Shown: piece by piece, positions 38,446-52,500 of the stretch
Layout of the letters: every line of letters starts with the position of its first letter
How positions within the stretch are numbered: the stretch's first letter is position 1
Source of the DNA: Octopus sinensis
Lineage: Eukaryota
NCBI RefSeq assembly: GCF_006345805.1
Contig: NC_042999.1
Coordinates: 103,416,001 to 103,480,000 of the forward strand
DNA: 64,000 nucleotides
Reading direction: 5' to 3'
Program-made: the position numbers and the translations under genes
Notes under the pieces: generated by a model
The model's input: only the letters and a program-made list of their open reading frames with translations
Database searches by the model: none
What the model was told of the DNA's origin: nothing

Positions 38446-40717
38446 TACCCTATGTTATTAGTCCATTTTGCTGGAAAGAAATTATTTACTGACGTTTTAC
38501 TTATGCCACTACCATACCTACAATAAAAGAAAAGAAAATTTGAAGTTTTTGTGAAGAAAAAGTGCATTCATTAATTAAAAATCAATCATTAAAGGGTCAT
38601 GACATCATACATAACTTTACTTACAGTTCTGGCTATTAATTAATAGTTTGCATGCGATTCCAACTTGAAATCATGAAGAGGAATGAGATTTCCATTGTTT
38701 GGGAAATATCACCAATTCCGCAAACATGATTATTTGCAATATCTATTGGTTTTCAACATTTTCTCTTTCAAATCTTATTGGATAACAGATAACCTGTTAA
38801 AATAATATTAAATCATTAACATTCACATGATATTTCACACGAAATAGCAAAAAGACGGTTTTGCCAAAATCACTTGCCTTGACTATATATATATATATAT
38901 ATATATATTTAATTATTTATTTATTTATGCATGCATGCATGTATGTATGTATTATGTATGTATATACATATATGCGTATGTATGCATTTATGCACGAATG
39001 TATGCATATGGAGGGTTGTATTTATATGTATATATGCATGTATATTCATGTATATATTTCATGTATATTTGTTTACATATATTTATATGTGTGCTTGAAG
39101 TTGTGCTATATACTGATACGCTTCATATATGTGCGTGTACGTAGTTTCTCTTATGAGTGTGTGTTCATATGTGTGCGCGCGTGTGTGTGTGTGTATACTT
39201 ACAAGCAACCTACTATTGTCGCTTTGCTTTTCTTTCTCATTTTTCTTTTTTCCCTTTCACGTTCTTTGCGCCCCTTATGTTTTTTTCTTCTTTCATATGG
39301 GTTATTTAAAAAATTAATAAATAAATAATTTTTATTCAACAACTACCGAGGTTGACTTTGCCTTTCATCCTGCCGGGGTCGATAAGATAAGTACCAGTTG
39401 AACACTAGCGTTGATTTAACCGATTTACTCCTCCTCTAAAATTGCTAGCCATGTGCCAATATTTGAAACCGATATTCATCTATCCTTACCAATAAACATC
39501 TCAGCATTCGTCGTGCCGGCTGCCCATTATTGACGACACATATACATTAATGACGTTATAATCTACTGCATCCACTACAGAAATTTGAATATGTTAATAA
39601 TGAAACGAAACCATGCTCCTATTTTTCTCACTAAGTTAATTGGTGAGACGGGAACGCAATTGGTACTTTACCAATTCTAATCCCCATTCCCACTGTTTTG
39701 ATTCTTTCTGCTAGCCCGGATTTCTTCTACACTCTACAGCAAGAAACTATCGTTAGGTCCTTATATATTCCAGCAAGTTTAGAGGAGCAGTTAAGCCGAT
39801 TACATCAACCCCAGTGCTCAACTGGTACTTATTTTATCAACTACCAAAAAGGATACAAGGCAAAGTCGATATTGGCGGAATTTGAACTCGGCAGGAATAG
39901 ACAGTGGAAATGACGCTAAGCATTTTCCCCAGCGTGTCAACGATTCTCGCCGCTCTTTGATATAAAAGGAAAGAGAGATGTAAATAAAGTGAGATGGAGA
40001 GAAGGAGACCAAATGACTGTTACGGAATTGCCAATCACCCATTGGTTTGCGGGTTGTTTTTCTTCTTTAAGAATAAACCAAATATCTAAGTCAATTCTTT
40101 AACGGTCTGTGAAGATCATTATATTCTTTCTAGGGTCATGAAAATGGAATTCATGTCAGTCATACTATTATCGAAAGGCGATGTTATTACTGAACCGAGA
40201 CTTAAAAGCGGTTTCATGAGGATAAAGATGAAGCTAATGTTTCTAATAATTTATAATAGTGAAGATTAAAATGGGAAGGGTTTTACTGATGGTAAAACTA
40301 AATACAAAATAAAATACATACAATGCAATAACGGTAAAGTTGGTAGTGTGCCATCATTATTATATTTCAACTCCAATATCAACTTAAGCCATAAATCTCT
40401 GCTGTTAACCAACTGTAAAATCTGAAGCTGATACTTCGTGCTAATAATGATTATATGCTTAAAAGGAATTACGATCATAGCAAACATTGTTAAGGATTCA
40501 TATCATTAACAATACAGAAGTGATAAGACTTAACGTTGCAAGTAAATAGGGTTTTACAAATATAACAACTTAAATTGTGTTGTTACGTTATGAATTTGTT
40601 TATCGTAAATGGTACAATTAACGCGTGCATATTTCAATTTACTCGTTTGACCAGCTTCAATTTTTTCCCTACCTGTCTCATTCCACACAAGACTACCCGT
40701 CGACCAGCCACAGATTT

Positions 40718-40738
40718 AATAATAATAATAATAATAAC

Positions 40739-40808
<70 letters not shown>

Positions 40809-40905
40809 CGTAGTAGTAGTAGTAGTAGTAGTAGTAGAAATATAGTAAGCCCGCATGCATGCAAGACTCCAGCAGCTCCAACAGAACATGTGATAGAGAG
40901 AAAAT

Positions 40906-40990
<85 letters not shown>
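40718..40990. repeat. Compound trinucleotide microsatellite (TAA/TAG/CAA/TAA)
   Basis: Direct observation; interrupted by a ~65-bp unique segment at ~40838-40905. Confidence 0.95.
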
Positions 40991-40991
<1 letters not shown>

Positions 40992-41205
40992 CACCCAACC
41001 TTAAAAAAATTTCGAAACTTTAGAAATACCCTGCAATCTAAGTGTATTGCAAAAATCTGCATTACTTGGAACTACACGCATTTTGTGTAAAGTATTGTCT
41101 GTCTGAGGTAATTGTTGTGACTTGCCAGACACTACAAACCCCCGATACCCACAATATCTTCAATCAACAACATCACAATAATGGGTACGGTGCGACGTCT
41201 TAAAT
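40991..41205 (+). mobile_element. R4/Dong-type LINE extreme 3' end (fragment a)
   Basis: LEIPCNLSVLQKSALLGTTRILCKVLSV* (stop 41104-41106), a short UTR, then TAA repeat. Confidence 0.8.
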
Positions 41206-41214
41206 AATAATAAT

Positions 41215-41505
41215 ATGGGCAATGAGGAGAGTAATTGTTACCCTAGTGGTTATAGGGACGCCCGGATCACTAACAACCAGGTTCGAGAAATATGCCGGAG
41301 AATTTGAAATTGACATGAGGGCGGAGGAGGCCAAAAAAACTACTCTAGTGGGGACAGCTAAGATTTTGAGACTGGCTTTTGGATGTTGGGTATCTTTCAC
41401 GATAAGTTGACATCCAATTATCAAGCATTATAATTTGCGGAAAGTTGCTGTCCGTTCTCACAGTATCATCTAGAGCAAGTAAGATCGAGAGCTCTGTGAA
41501 GTAAA
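41215..41505 (+). mobile_element. R4/Dong-type LINE 3' end (fragment b, different subfamily)
   Basis: WAMRRVIVTLVVIGTPG...AKKTTLVGTAKILR; ends at (TAA)n. Confidence 0.7.
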
Positions 41506-41529
41506 ATAATAATAATAATAATAATAATA

Positions 41530-41582
<53 letters not shown>

Positions 41583-41585
41583 CAG

Positions 41586-42490
41586 TTGCTAGGAATGTAT
41601 CGAAATCGAAGAAGGGGAAAACAGCTTAGGGTGGTATATAAAAATGCTGTGGAGCCACTGAAACACACGAAGAATGCCAGCGTCTTCAAAATTGAAAATT
41701 GTGTAACGAGAGAAAAAATTAGACAAGAAATGAACAAAAAAAAAGCATGGAAGGAAAAGGAAATGGATGGTCAGTTTACAAGAGATGTGAACGCCAAGAC
41801 AGATACAGAAGACCAGTGGCTTTGGATGAGGAGGAGTGACCTAAAGATAGAGACAGAAGCACTCAGGAACAGGCATTAAGGACCAACTATATAAAGTGCA
41901 GAATAGACAACATTACTGATATCGACAAATGCAGAATGTGTGGTAAGAGGGGTGAAACGGGATTGACATCGTTAACGAATACACGAAATTGGGATAACGC
42001 GAATACAAAAGATGCTATGACAAGGTGGCAAGAATGATCCATTGGGGGCTCTGTGGAAATCACGTCCTACAAAAAGCAAAGACGTGGTATGAGCAGACTC
42101 CAGAAGGAGTCATCGAAAATGAGAATTGCAAAATCTTGTGGGATGCAATGATCACCCAGCCAGACATCGGAAACCGGACATTGTTGTGATAATCGACATA
42201 ACATACCCAGTGAAAACAGCATCAATGTGAAAGAAGAAGAAAAAAACTATGGTGATTTGAAGCGGAAATACGAAGGTTGTGGTCAATGAAGAGAATAGAC
42301 GTGATACCAATAGTAATAGGTGCACTTAGAAGTATCTGCACTCAGCTACCAACATGGCTGAAAAAAATCAGTGCAAGCGTGAAGATAGAACACCTACAAA
42401 AATCAACATTGCTTGGAGCTGCAAGAATTCTTCGCAGGGTTCTTGAAGCATGACTAGTAAACAAGTATCACCTTAGTCTGCTGGCTGTGG
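41586..42490 (+). mobile_element. R4/Dong-type LINE zinc-knuckle + RLE region (fragment c)
   Basis: KEMDGQFTRDV..DQWLWMRRSDLKIETEAL, RTNYIKCRID..DKCRMCG..GET, KVARMIHWGLCG..KTWYEQTPEGVIENENCKILWD, KPDIVV, VIPIVIGAL, LQKSTLLGAARILRRVLEA* (stop ~42452). Several frameshifts. Confidence 0.9.
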
Positions 42491-42544
42491 ACAGCTGACA
42501 CTTTCCCGGCGAAATAAGCTGAGAGTTTTCATATAGTAATAAGA

Positions 42545-42800
42545 TCGCTATGATGTGGCAGCTACGAGAGTCAAACATAAAGATTATCCCTATTGTCATC
42601 GGAGCATTGGGTTCAATACAATCTAGAAATACAATCTAGGTGCATAGCAAGAGACTGCATTACTTGGAACTGCATGCATATTGCGTAAAGTAGTCTTTCT
42701 GAGGTCCTTATGATTTGACAACCAGTACAAACCCACCGGTAGACACAATATCTTCAATCAACAACCTTACGATATTGTGTACTGTGCAAAGTCTACAATA
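42545..42800 (+). mobile_element. R4/Dong-type LINE 3' end (fragment d)
   Basis: MWQLRESNIKIIPIVIGALGSI..TALLGTACILRKV. The UTR (ACAATATCTTCAATCAACAAC) matches fragment a, and a TAA/GAA repeat follows. Confidence 0.8.
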
Positions 42801-42831
42801 CTAATAAAAAATATTAATAATAATAGTAATA

Positions 42832-42862
<31 letters not shown>

Positions 42863-42885
42863 TAATAATAATATAATAATAATAA

Positions 42886-42936
<51 letters not shown>

Positions 42937-43199
42937 GTAGTAGTAGTAGAAGAAGTAGAAGAAGAAGAAGAATCTACAAAAGAATGAAAGAAAACTGTCG
43001 TAATGTAAGCCATCTCAGGAAACTGAAAGATTTTTCTTATATGGAGTATATAAATACAAAAAGATAGCTTTCTTTAGACAGCTACATGTGCGTAAAAATG
43101 TAAACACTGTAATATTTCTATATGAAAACTACAAACCTGCGAGTAAAATTTTAGATATTAAATTTTTAATTTTAATTACATATACATCCATATTTATAC

Positions 43200-44725
43200 A
43201 AGACATCTCTATATATACACATTGCTGTTTCTTCTCGGTCTCTTGCTGATACAGCAATAATAATTATAACTACGAAAGAAACATCAACACATGTCCATGG
43301 GCGCTGTTCAGTTAAAAAAGTAAACTCTGTAAAAAACGAACCCATAACAAACCCAACCAAAAGAGAAAGAACAATGGACAGGTAACCATAAATACTACGG
43401 AATAGTTTATTTATGAGTTACGCACACTACTATGCAACACTCCTCCAAAAACATACAGAAATAAACTCATACCGTAAATACCCAACAAAATGAACAAAGC
43501 CCACATGTGCCATAGAATGCCGATACCCGACAGAAGAGCACAACCGGCGCTACACTAACAACACACAATACAAAAAATAATACAACAGAAGACTGAAACC
43601 AAACCCCACAGCAAAACATACTGATATAATACAATATCCCACCGCCACCAAAACAATGCAGCACACACCATCCCACCAGCACAAAGGTGCAACAAATGAT
43701 ACAATAGAAAGTTGCTTGAAACTATCAGATATCAAAAAACAATAGTGATGATGACGTTAGTGACGAACGTTACTTTACCTCAGTTTATGAGAGACGGGAA
43801 TTTCCGAAGGAACTCTGATTGTAACAACGAAAATGACCCTTTAAGAGAAGACTTCGTGCTCGGTAGTGGTTCAATAAAGATGCAGACTGATGACAGTAGA
43901 AAATAAAGTATGGAGGAGGAAGTGGACCAGCGAAGAAAACAGGATAGTGATGCAGTGCTACTAAGAAAGAAAGTGAACCTAAAAGAAGGCGCTATAGAAA
44001 ACCGCTAGTCATTTCTAGAAAACTGCTAGAAATGACGAGGAAAGTAGATTTTGTTATCAGTAGGATAGGTACTAAAAATACAGGAGGCACTAACTTATTG
44101 ATTTATGCAAGATGGGTAGTAGTCACAAGAAGATTAGATATCTCACAGTGAAAGATTTAAAAAGTGTAAATGTGGAAAAAGGGACTACAAAATAAAGTGA
44201 GGACTTTAAGACAAGAGCTGAGTAGAATAGAAGTCTGGAAAACAAACAAGTTAGGAAACACAAGATGCATATCTTCCCTCAAGAAAAGATATTTAGTCAA
44301 AGAGAAAGGATTTGGGACAGGAATAGAAGAGTTGAAACAGTGTATCATAGCAGTAACAGACAAGCTCTCCAGCTATCAGAGAAGAATAGATCAGTATCAA
44401 TATAATAGATTATTTGAGACAGACCAGAAGAGATTTTATAATAGTGGAGAACGAAGTACTGAAGATGAGAAACCTAACGCAGAAGCTAGAAAGTTCTGGA
44501 GTAATATCTGGGATAAGACAGTCAATCGTAATGGAAATATAGTATGGTTAAAGAAAGTGAGGGAAGAAAAAGTGAATGACAAGCAGCCAGATCTAAGACT
44601 AACTAGAGCTTTAATTAGTAAAGTGTTAGGAAAAATACCGAAAGCATTATCTGTCTGAGGTCCTTGACAGATGACTAAAGACTCCGATGCATTTTTACTT
44701 ACACTATGTTACGAAGGAATAATAA
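43200..44725 (+). mobile_element. Internally deleted R4/Dong-type LINE (N-terminal region joined to 3' end; fragment e)
   Basis: ORF 44170-44658 WKKGLQNKV..IEELKQ..QYQYNRLFETDQKRFY..PNAEARKFWSNIW matches the pre-RT region. It then jumps to KALSV* plus UTR and ends in (TAA/CAA)n. The 5' boundary is approximate. Confidence 0.75.
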
Positions 44726-44760
44726 TAATAACAACAACAACAACAACAACAATAATAATG

Positions 44761-44793
<33 letters not shown>

Positions 44794-45354
44794 TAATAAT
44801 AATAATAATAATATTAATAATTTCTAACATAAAACACTGTTTACATAGTAGTCAGATATAGTGCTTACATATTAGTCAGATACAGTGATGCATCCTGATA
44901 ATATGTTTCCGGTGATAACAACTATCGGACAATACATTATCCAGCCCCACTTTCTTCCGATTTAGAAAAACTATAGTCGTGATAGTCATATATTCCTTAT
45001 GAGTATCGATGGTTTTAGTAAAATAAAACTACCACAAAGGAGAAATGAATCCATGCTGTGGTCACTGACGCACTAATATGCTGTTTCTGACAATAAAGAC
45101 GTTCATGATTTTGTTTCGAACTGTTTACTGTGCTTAAACTTAGTGTATTTGTGCCTAACAGTCCAGATAAGGTTTTACATTCCATAAATCTTTATTATGA
45201 CTAGATCTTTCCTGTATTATTACTAGATCTTTGGCCTATGTCTATATATGATGAATCCCATGCGACCATTCAGGATTAAAAGCGAGTGCAGCATTAAATA
45301 ATTATGTTTATTATTTATCTTGACATAATTACTACCGGTAGCTAACATAATTAC

Positions 45355-46320
45355 TACCGACGAGCTGGCTGATTCGTTAGCACACTGGGATAAATGTTTA
45401 GTGGTATTTCATCTATCATTACGCACTGAGTTCAAATCTCACCGAGGTAGACTTTGGCTTTCATTCCTTCAGAGTTGATAAAAATGAGTACCAGTTGAGT
45501 TTACTTGCCTCCCAACCCCCGAAAATTGCTGGCGTTGTGCCAAAATTTGAGATCATTATTAATGCTGTTTGCAGGCGTTACTTTCTGAGTTCAAATTCCG
45601 CTCTGAGATTGACTTTGCTTTCATCTTTTCGGGGTCGATAAAGTAACATTCAAATACTGGGATTGATGTAATCGACTATACCCCGCTCTCCTCAAATGTT
45701 CAGACTTGAGCCCGTTGTAGAAAGACTTATTGCTGCTGCTTATAATAAGGCGAGCTGGTTGAATCGTTAGCGCGCCGGAGAAAATGCTTACTCTTTTACT
45801 CTTTTACTTGTGTCAGTAATTTGACAGTGGCCATGCTGGAGCACCGCCTTTAGTCGAGCAAATCGACCCCAGGACTTATTCTTTGTAAGCCCAGTACTTA
45901 TTCTATCGGTCTCTTTTGCCGAACTGCCAAGTTACAGGGACATAAACACACCAGCATCGGTTGTCAAGCGATGTTGGGGGGACAAACGCAGACACGCAAA
46001 CATATACATACACACACATATATATACATACATATATACGACGGGGTTCTTTCAGTTTCCGTCTACCAAATCCACTCACAAGGCTTTGATTGGCCCGAGG
46101 CTATAGTAGAAGACACTTGCCCAAGGTGCCACGCAGTGGGACTGAACCCGGAAACATGTGGTTGGTAAGCAAGCTACTTACCACACAGCCACTCCTGTGC
46201 CTAATAATTCTTCTCTCTTCACTTTCTGAATTCAAATGCCGCCAAGGTCGATTTTTCCTTTCATCCTTTCTGAATCGATAGAATAAGTACTGGCTGAGCA
46301 CTGGGGTTGATGTATTCGAC
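45355..46320. mobile_element. SINE cluster (family B + copies and family A - copy at ~45795-46200)
   Basis: Homology to the other SINE copies in this window. Confidence 0.75.
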
Positions 46321-47016
46321 AAGTAGTTAATTTCACTGTATTTATAATTGTCTAAACCTAGATTAAGAGATCAACACTGGTCAAAGAGACCTATGAATAA
46401 CAAAGGGATTCCAACTACGGTCATTCCATGCACACTTATACATATGTCGAACAGTGCATGAAATGTATATTCTTTCATTTCTTTAAGACCGTGAATCTCA
46501 TTTATAAAGTTTACCATCTATTTCTAGCATGTCAAGTGACAATGTAAACGAAACTTCATTAGCTCGTCTCATTATTGCTGTTGGTGGGGGTGGTGATGGT
46601 TTCCAGTACATTCTTCTCTTTTCCATTTATTAAAATTTTATTCCGCCATATTTTCCTGTCTCTCAATTGTTGTATAATTAACTTAATTTCCTTCATTATT
46701 TTCCCGCCCATTTTGCTTATTCTCTCACCATCCTCTCCATCTTACCCTATTCGGTTTCTTTTCTTTTACATTTTCTATTCTTTCTTTCTCTATTCCACCC
46801 ATTTTGAATTTAGCTTCTCTCCATCATATATGCGTAACTATAAACATGTATAGAAGCATGCAAACATGAGTACATACATATGTGTGTGTGTTCGTATGTA
46901 TGTTCGGTGTGTGTATATGTGCATATGCTTTCTGTATATATACATATATATATACATATGTGTGTGTGTAAATATGTATATATGTATATATATGTAAATA
47001 TATATATACATATATT

Positions 47017-47109
<93 letters not shown>

Positions 47110-47789
47110 GCTATGAATACATATACACACATATATCCATATCTATCAATCTACCGATCTCTGTATATACAAATACATGCACACATATATATATACACAA
47201 TCATGCACATATACATTTACATATACCTATCATTCTGCCTATACACACATACATATCTGCACGCATGTATGAATGTATGTATGTATGTATGTATGTACGT
47301 ATGTATGTATGCACGTACGTACAAGTTTGTGCGAAATGCATATCTAATAATAATAATCTTAGTAATTCACTTCATGAAGCATTTGAATAGAAACATTGAA
47401 CGGAAAGCAATAAAGCAAAGTTAGAAAATCCGGGTTTTATTATAACATTAAAATAAGTGTTCAATCATGCATCCTTAACCTTCAATAGCACATTCTAAAT
47501 GATGTACTTAAGTTTAAACATCGTTGTATGTTTCTGCTTCAACAAATGCATTTGTTTCTTCAATTACATTATCTGACTGAGTTGATGTTATCCATCAATA
47601 TGCAAAAGTTTCGTAATCTTTTTACTTTCACAGGTTTAATGAGAGAAGTAGATTTTCTAGGCCTTCTTTTTGTTTTTATCAGTTGATTTGGAAGGAGGAA
47701 GTGTCCATGCCTTCTACTGATCCTCCTAGAAAGTTTTCATGCCATTCATGTCTTTCTTGAACCTTTAAAAATCCACACTTAGACGAAGG

Positions 47790-48050
47790 ACATAGACATG
47801 CAGTCTACTCATGAAAGAGGAACTTGACGTAATAATTTGAGAGGGGCCAGAGAGATGGATTCAATTGGAATGACCGAAGGAGGAGATACGAGTGGGTCTG
47901 GAAAGTCAGTTCCCAGGTGGGTGAAACCCAGCCAATTCCGAGAAGCAGTGGCCATCATAGTAGCGGTAGAAATGACATAAAGTGAATACAGCGCACCTAT
48001 CGATCTCTGGTTGTGGTTTGTCCGTAAGAAACTTTATGCCGGTCAGTAGA
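47790..48050 (-). mobile_element. CR1/Zenon-like LINE C-terminal fragment
   Basis: LCHFYRYYDGHCFSELAGFHPP..SRPTRISSFGH..SSFMSR matches the CR1-group post-RT pattern FYRYY.G.CS.EL...R.TR.S..H..SF..R. Confidence 0.65.
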
Positions 48051-49514
48051 GTTGCCCTGCTATACTTCCTCTATCAGTTGTCAAATGAAGAGAACGTATT
48101 TATGAATTACAATTTATATTTGCAAAAGACTGTTGAAATCTCTTGATAGCCCCTGCACCATTGCTGGGGTATCTTCAGAATGTTCAACCAATTAGTTTTA
48201 GCAGTTCAATGAAAACAGAGGTAATAGTATTAAGTACTTTCGCGTAAAGGTTGCAAGAAAGCACGATAAAATTAACGTAATAGAAAATTAAGCTAAGTTC
48301 AGAAATATAATAAAATATGTTGAATAGTTCAGAAACTATGACGACTAAAATGAATGCATTAAAATAAATATATACATTCTTAACTTCAGTATAGAAATGT
48401 TTCTGTTAGTCACATGCGTATAATTCTTATATAACGTTGTAATGCTTTCATTATCATATATTATTTAGATACTAGTTTCATGTGCCTGCTGAAGAAAAGT
48501 AATGCAGTAAAACGGAATAATGATTAATAGGCTGAGTGGAACATAATTTCATGTCAAAGGTGAGAGCATCTAAATGTGTGCGCGTGTGTGTGCGCGCGAG
48601 CGTGTGTGAATCTCATTTGTCTTTATTCACCTTTATAATCTTATGTATCTAACAGTTTTATATTTTGTGTAATTTGATATCATTTTATTGAGCCCTGTGA
48701 TAGGACACAGCATGAAAATTATTTTTTCATGACGGTGTGTGTGTGTTCGTGCGTGCATATGCCTCTATAAGTTCCTTATAATTATGACAACGCTCAGCAC
48801 ACACGTAGGGCTGCTATCGTTAGCAACAATGCTCATTAGATGTAAAAGACATGCAGGAATATCTGTTTCGTACGTTTATAACGACTACACTGATAACACC
48901 GGAGTAGTAGTAACGTTAAACCCGTATATAAGTACACTTGGGATATGTTTATTTTATGCGTCTATGAAGAATTTATAATTAACACATGATATTATGCAGT
49001 ATATCACTTGAGCATTATTGCTATTACTATCAGTAAATAACAGGTGTGAAACTAGAAGAATATTATAAATGCGTCAATAATACATGTGTGTGTATAGATA
49101 GATAAATGTATGTATATATATATATATATAGACACACACACATACACATGGATACATATTTATAAACACACACATACATATACACATACATACATATACA
49201 TATACATATACATACATACATACATACATACATACATACATACATACATACATACATACATACATACATACATACATACACCTTTATTTGTAAATTTACA
49301 GCCCGAAGACTGATCGCAGTCACCAAAGGACGGTTACATCACGCTCAATAAATATGTACTCACTTGACCTATTCTAACATTTTATAATTCGCAATCAAAA
49401 CACCGATTGTGATTTTAATTAGGAATTATGGATTGCTCCTGCTTCTGTACCGCTGTTCACAATCGCAAAATGTCACTGTAACATTTCACATATTCATACT
49501 CGCAAATACATGCA

Positions 49515-49593
<79 letters not shown>

Positions 49594-49654
49594 GAATGTA
49601 GCCTTTTAGGGTATTCTAATAAGCTGCTACAATTAGACAAATGATTAAACGCAG

Positions 49655-49865
49655 TGAACTGACGGAGTTGTTAGCAAGTTGGGCAAAATGCTTCGCGGCG
49701 CTTCGTATTTCCTTACGTTCTGAGTTCAAATTCCACCGAAGTCGACTTTGCCTTTCATCCTTTCGGAGTTGAAGAAATAGGTATCAGTGGAACACTGGGG
49801 GCGATGCAATTGACTTACGCCTCTCCCCGAAATTGCTGGCCTTGTGCCAAAATTTGAAACAAATA
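49655..49865 (+). mobile_element. SINE family B
   Basis: TTACGTTCTGAGTTCAAATTCC..GTCGACTTTGCCTTTCATCCTTTCGG. Confidence 0.75.
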
Positions 49866-50034
49866 TTAGACAAAAAAATTGAAGCGTATACATAGCGATA
49901 TTTTGGACGCAGTAATTTTCATATCACTAAGCGTTTGATAACATTAGGCATAAATGCAAGTGGCTTCACTGACTGCACATACGTGTGTTTTTGTAAGTGT
50001 TCATGTGTATATTTATGTCTCTTTACGGATTCAT

Positions 50035-50250
50035 AAGCGCGTAGCCTAGTGGTAAGGGTTTTGTACTCATGATCGCAAGATCATGGCGTCGATTCGCAGA
50101 CCGGGTGACGCGTTGTGTTTTCGAGCAAAACGCTTCATTTCATGTTGCTCAATTCCTCTCAACTGTGCTTGTGCAACCCAGGAACGGACTACGTTTCTGC
50201 TCAGGGAGAATGTTGTCTAACCCGCCTAATTAACGAGGTGGTGTCCTTCG
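50035..50250 (+). mobile_element. SINE family C
   Basis: tRNA-like head GCGCGTAGCCTAGTGGTAAGG...GTCGATTC. Confidence 0.6.
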
Positions 50251-50255
50251 AAAGC

Positions 50256-50479
50256 TACGATGGAGTACTAAAACGTTCCTGGTTTAAGGGTGTCGCGAGA
50301 GGTGTATTTGGAGGCCCAACCTTCCGAGTTGAGCTTAGAAAAATCTAAACGACCGCTGCATTAAGTGTGTGTGAATCTGAGAGAGTAATATGTTGAATAA
50401 AATTATAATTAACTGTTCCTCTTTTATAATTAACTGATCCAGCTTTTATCCAAAGCCAGGAACTTTTCAGCACCCACTC

Positions 50480-50482
<3 letters not shown>
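50256..50482 (+). mobile_element. Mariner-derived MITE, copy 1
   Basis: TA-flanked; right TIR AAAGCCAGGAACTTTTCAGCACCCACTCG; residual transposase tail LEKSKRPLH../GEYVE*-like. Confidence 0.75.
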
Positions 50483-50576
<94 letters not shown>

Positions 50577-50583
50577 GAGGGGG

Positions 50584-50638
<55 letters not shown>

Positions 50639-50655
50639 GAGGGGGAGATAGATAG

Positions 50656-50735
<80 letters not shown>

Positions 50736-50736
50736 T

Positions 50737-50953
50737 TACGAGGGGTGCTGAAAAGTTCTTGGCTTTAAAGATACTACGAAAGTCCTGGCTGGAGACCAAA
50801 ACTTCCGAGTTCTTTTATAGTACTTAGAAAAACTGAAGGACCGCTGCAATAAGTGTGTGAATCTTAGAGGGGAATATGTTAAATAAGATCATAATTAACC
50901 GATCTTGGTGTATTTTCTTCTACCCAAAGCCAGGAACTCTTCAGCAACATCTT
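50737..50953 (+). mobile_element. Mariner-derived MITE, copy 2
   Basis: Left TIR TACGAGGGGTGCTGAAAAGTTCTTGGCTTT, right TIR AAAGCCAGGAACTCTTCAGCA; internal LEKLKDRCNKCVNLRGEYVK* (mariner C-terminal KL..RW.KCV...G.YVE). Confidence 0.85.
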
Positions 50954-51748
50954 TTACAACAATGCAAAGAAGCACAGTGTGACCAGCAGAGTTTAACAAA
51001 ATTCGATAGTCAGGTCGATACAGTGAAACAGAGACATATGCATACAAATATAGTGAAAAAATAAGGGAGAGAGGGAGAAGGAGAGAGAAAGAGAGAGAAG
51101 ACAGACTGATATGCAGATAGAAAGACTAAAAACATGCATCAATTTATATTTTATATATTTAGCAGTTGCCAATTCATTAAATTGTTATAATGAAGAACAA
51201 GGGGGAGTCGAGGAAGTATATTCTCCAAACAAAGTTCTTCATCGATACAAACCTGCCTTGAAGTATTCGTGTTGATCTTTTATAAGATTATGTTTCACTT
51301 CATTCGTTATAGCATCTTTGAAGCAAATTGGAAACCTCCCTCGTGTGTTGCAGTCGGAAAAGTAGTTTGCGATATAAACGATAGATTCAACTCCATTCAT
51401 TGAATATAGCTTTAGGAAATCTTCTTGAATTAAAACACATTTTTCCATGGTGGATGGTGGTATCAATATTAGCGGATTTATTTTATTTATTTGTTTATTT
51501 TTAAGCTTATCAAAGGTAGAATATATTCATGATCGTTGCACAAGTGCAGAGTTTCACTATTGTAAATCAAGAGAAATAGCATTTTTTTGAAAAATACTAT
51601 TATATACGTCGCAATAGTAATAGGATCAGCAGCAACAACAGCAGTAGCAATAATTAGAATTGTATTTAAGACATTGAATACACTTTTCTTTTGCTCCGTC
51701 TTATTTATATGTATCTGTTTACTCAGAATCTTAAGGATACTAATACGC

Positions 51749-51786
<38 letters not shown>

Positions 51787-51949
51787 AATTAAGGATGGAA
51801 AATGCACGCACTTTACATAGTTTTAATATAATTTTTAATACATCTTATATTGTGTTTGTTGACAGGTTTCGCTTTCGCTAATCATGACATTAAAATTTAT
51901 TTAAGTACGTATTTTCTTAAGAAAAATCTTTTTTGTTCATGTCGTGTAT

Positions 51950-52433
51950 GGAGTTTATAGATGAATAATTCATCAAGTAAAAAAATCATCCAGGTATCTT
52001 TTCCAGTTTTCTATTATGCAATGGGATAACAATATTTTTCCAGTGACATTTTATATGTTAAATTCAAATAACCAATTATCAGGTTCACAAGAACAGGAAC
52101 TGCTTTCGTTTCCATCGCAATTCCGCATTTTTGACGATAGTAGGTGTCATCAAATAGGGAATAATTGTTCTGAAGTATACATTTTAAAGATTCAATTATA
52201 AAGACCTGATTTATGCGTTCCAGAAGTACTTCGGGATAATTTTCCAACCAAAAGTTGATTGCTTTTATCCCATAGTCATGTGGGATTGCTTACAGTGAAG
52301 GAAACCAATAATGCCTTTTCATTAATTGTTTTGGATAGGTGCTCTAGCATGTCTAAATCGTCTCTAATGAAACTTATGATATATTTCAGAGAGGGTTTCA
52401 GTAGAATGTCAAGAAAATTGCTTAGGCGGTGGG

Positions 52434-52435
<2 letters not shown>
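51950..52435 (-). mobile_element. Penelope-like element RT core fragment, 5'-truncated at (TA)n
   Basis: THRLSNFLDILLKP..SFIRDDLDML..LLVSF..[deletion]..PHDYGIKAINFWL..ILQNNYSLFDDTYYRQKCGIAMETKAVPVLVNLIIGYL..WKRYLDDFF. Confidence 0.9.
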
Positions 52436-52492
<57 letters not shown>

Positions 52493-52500
<8 letters not shown>

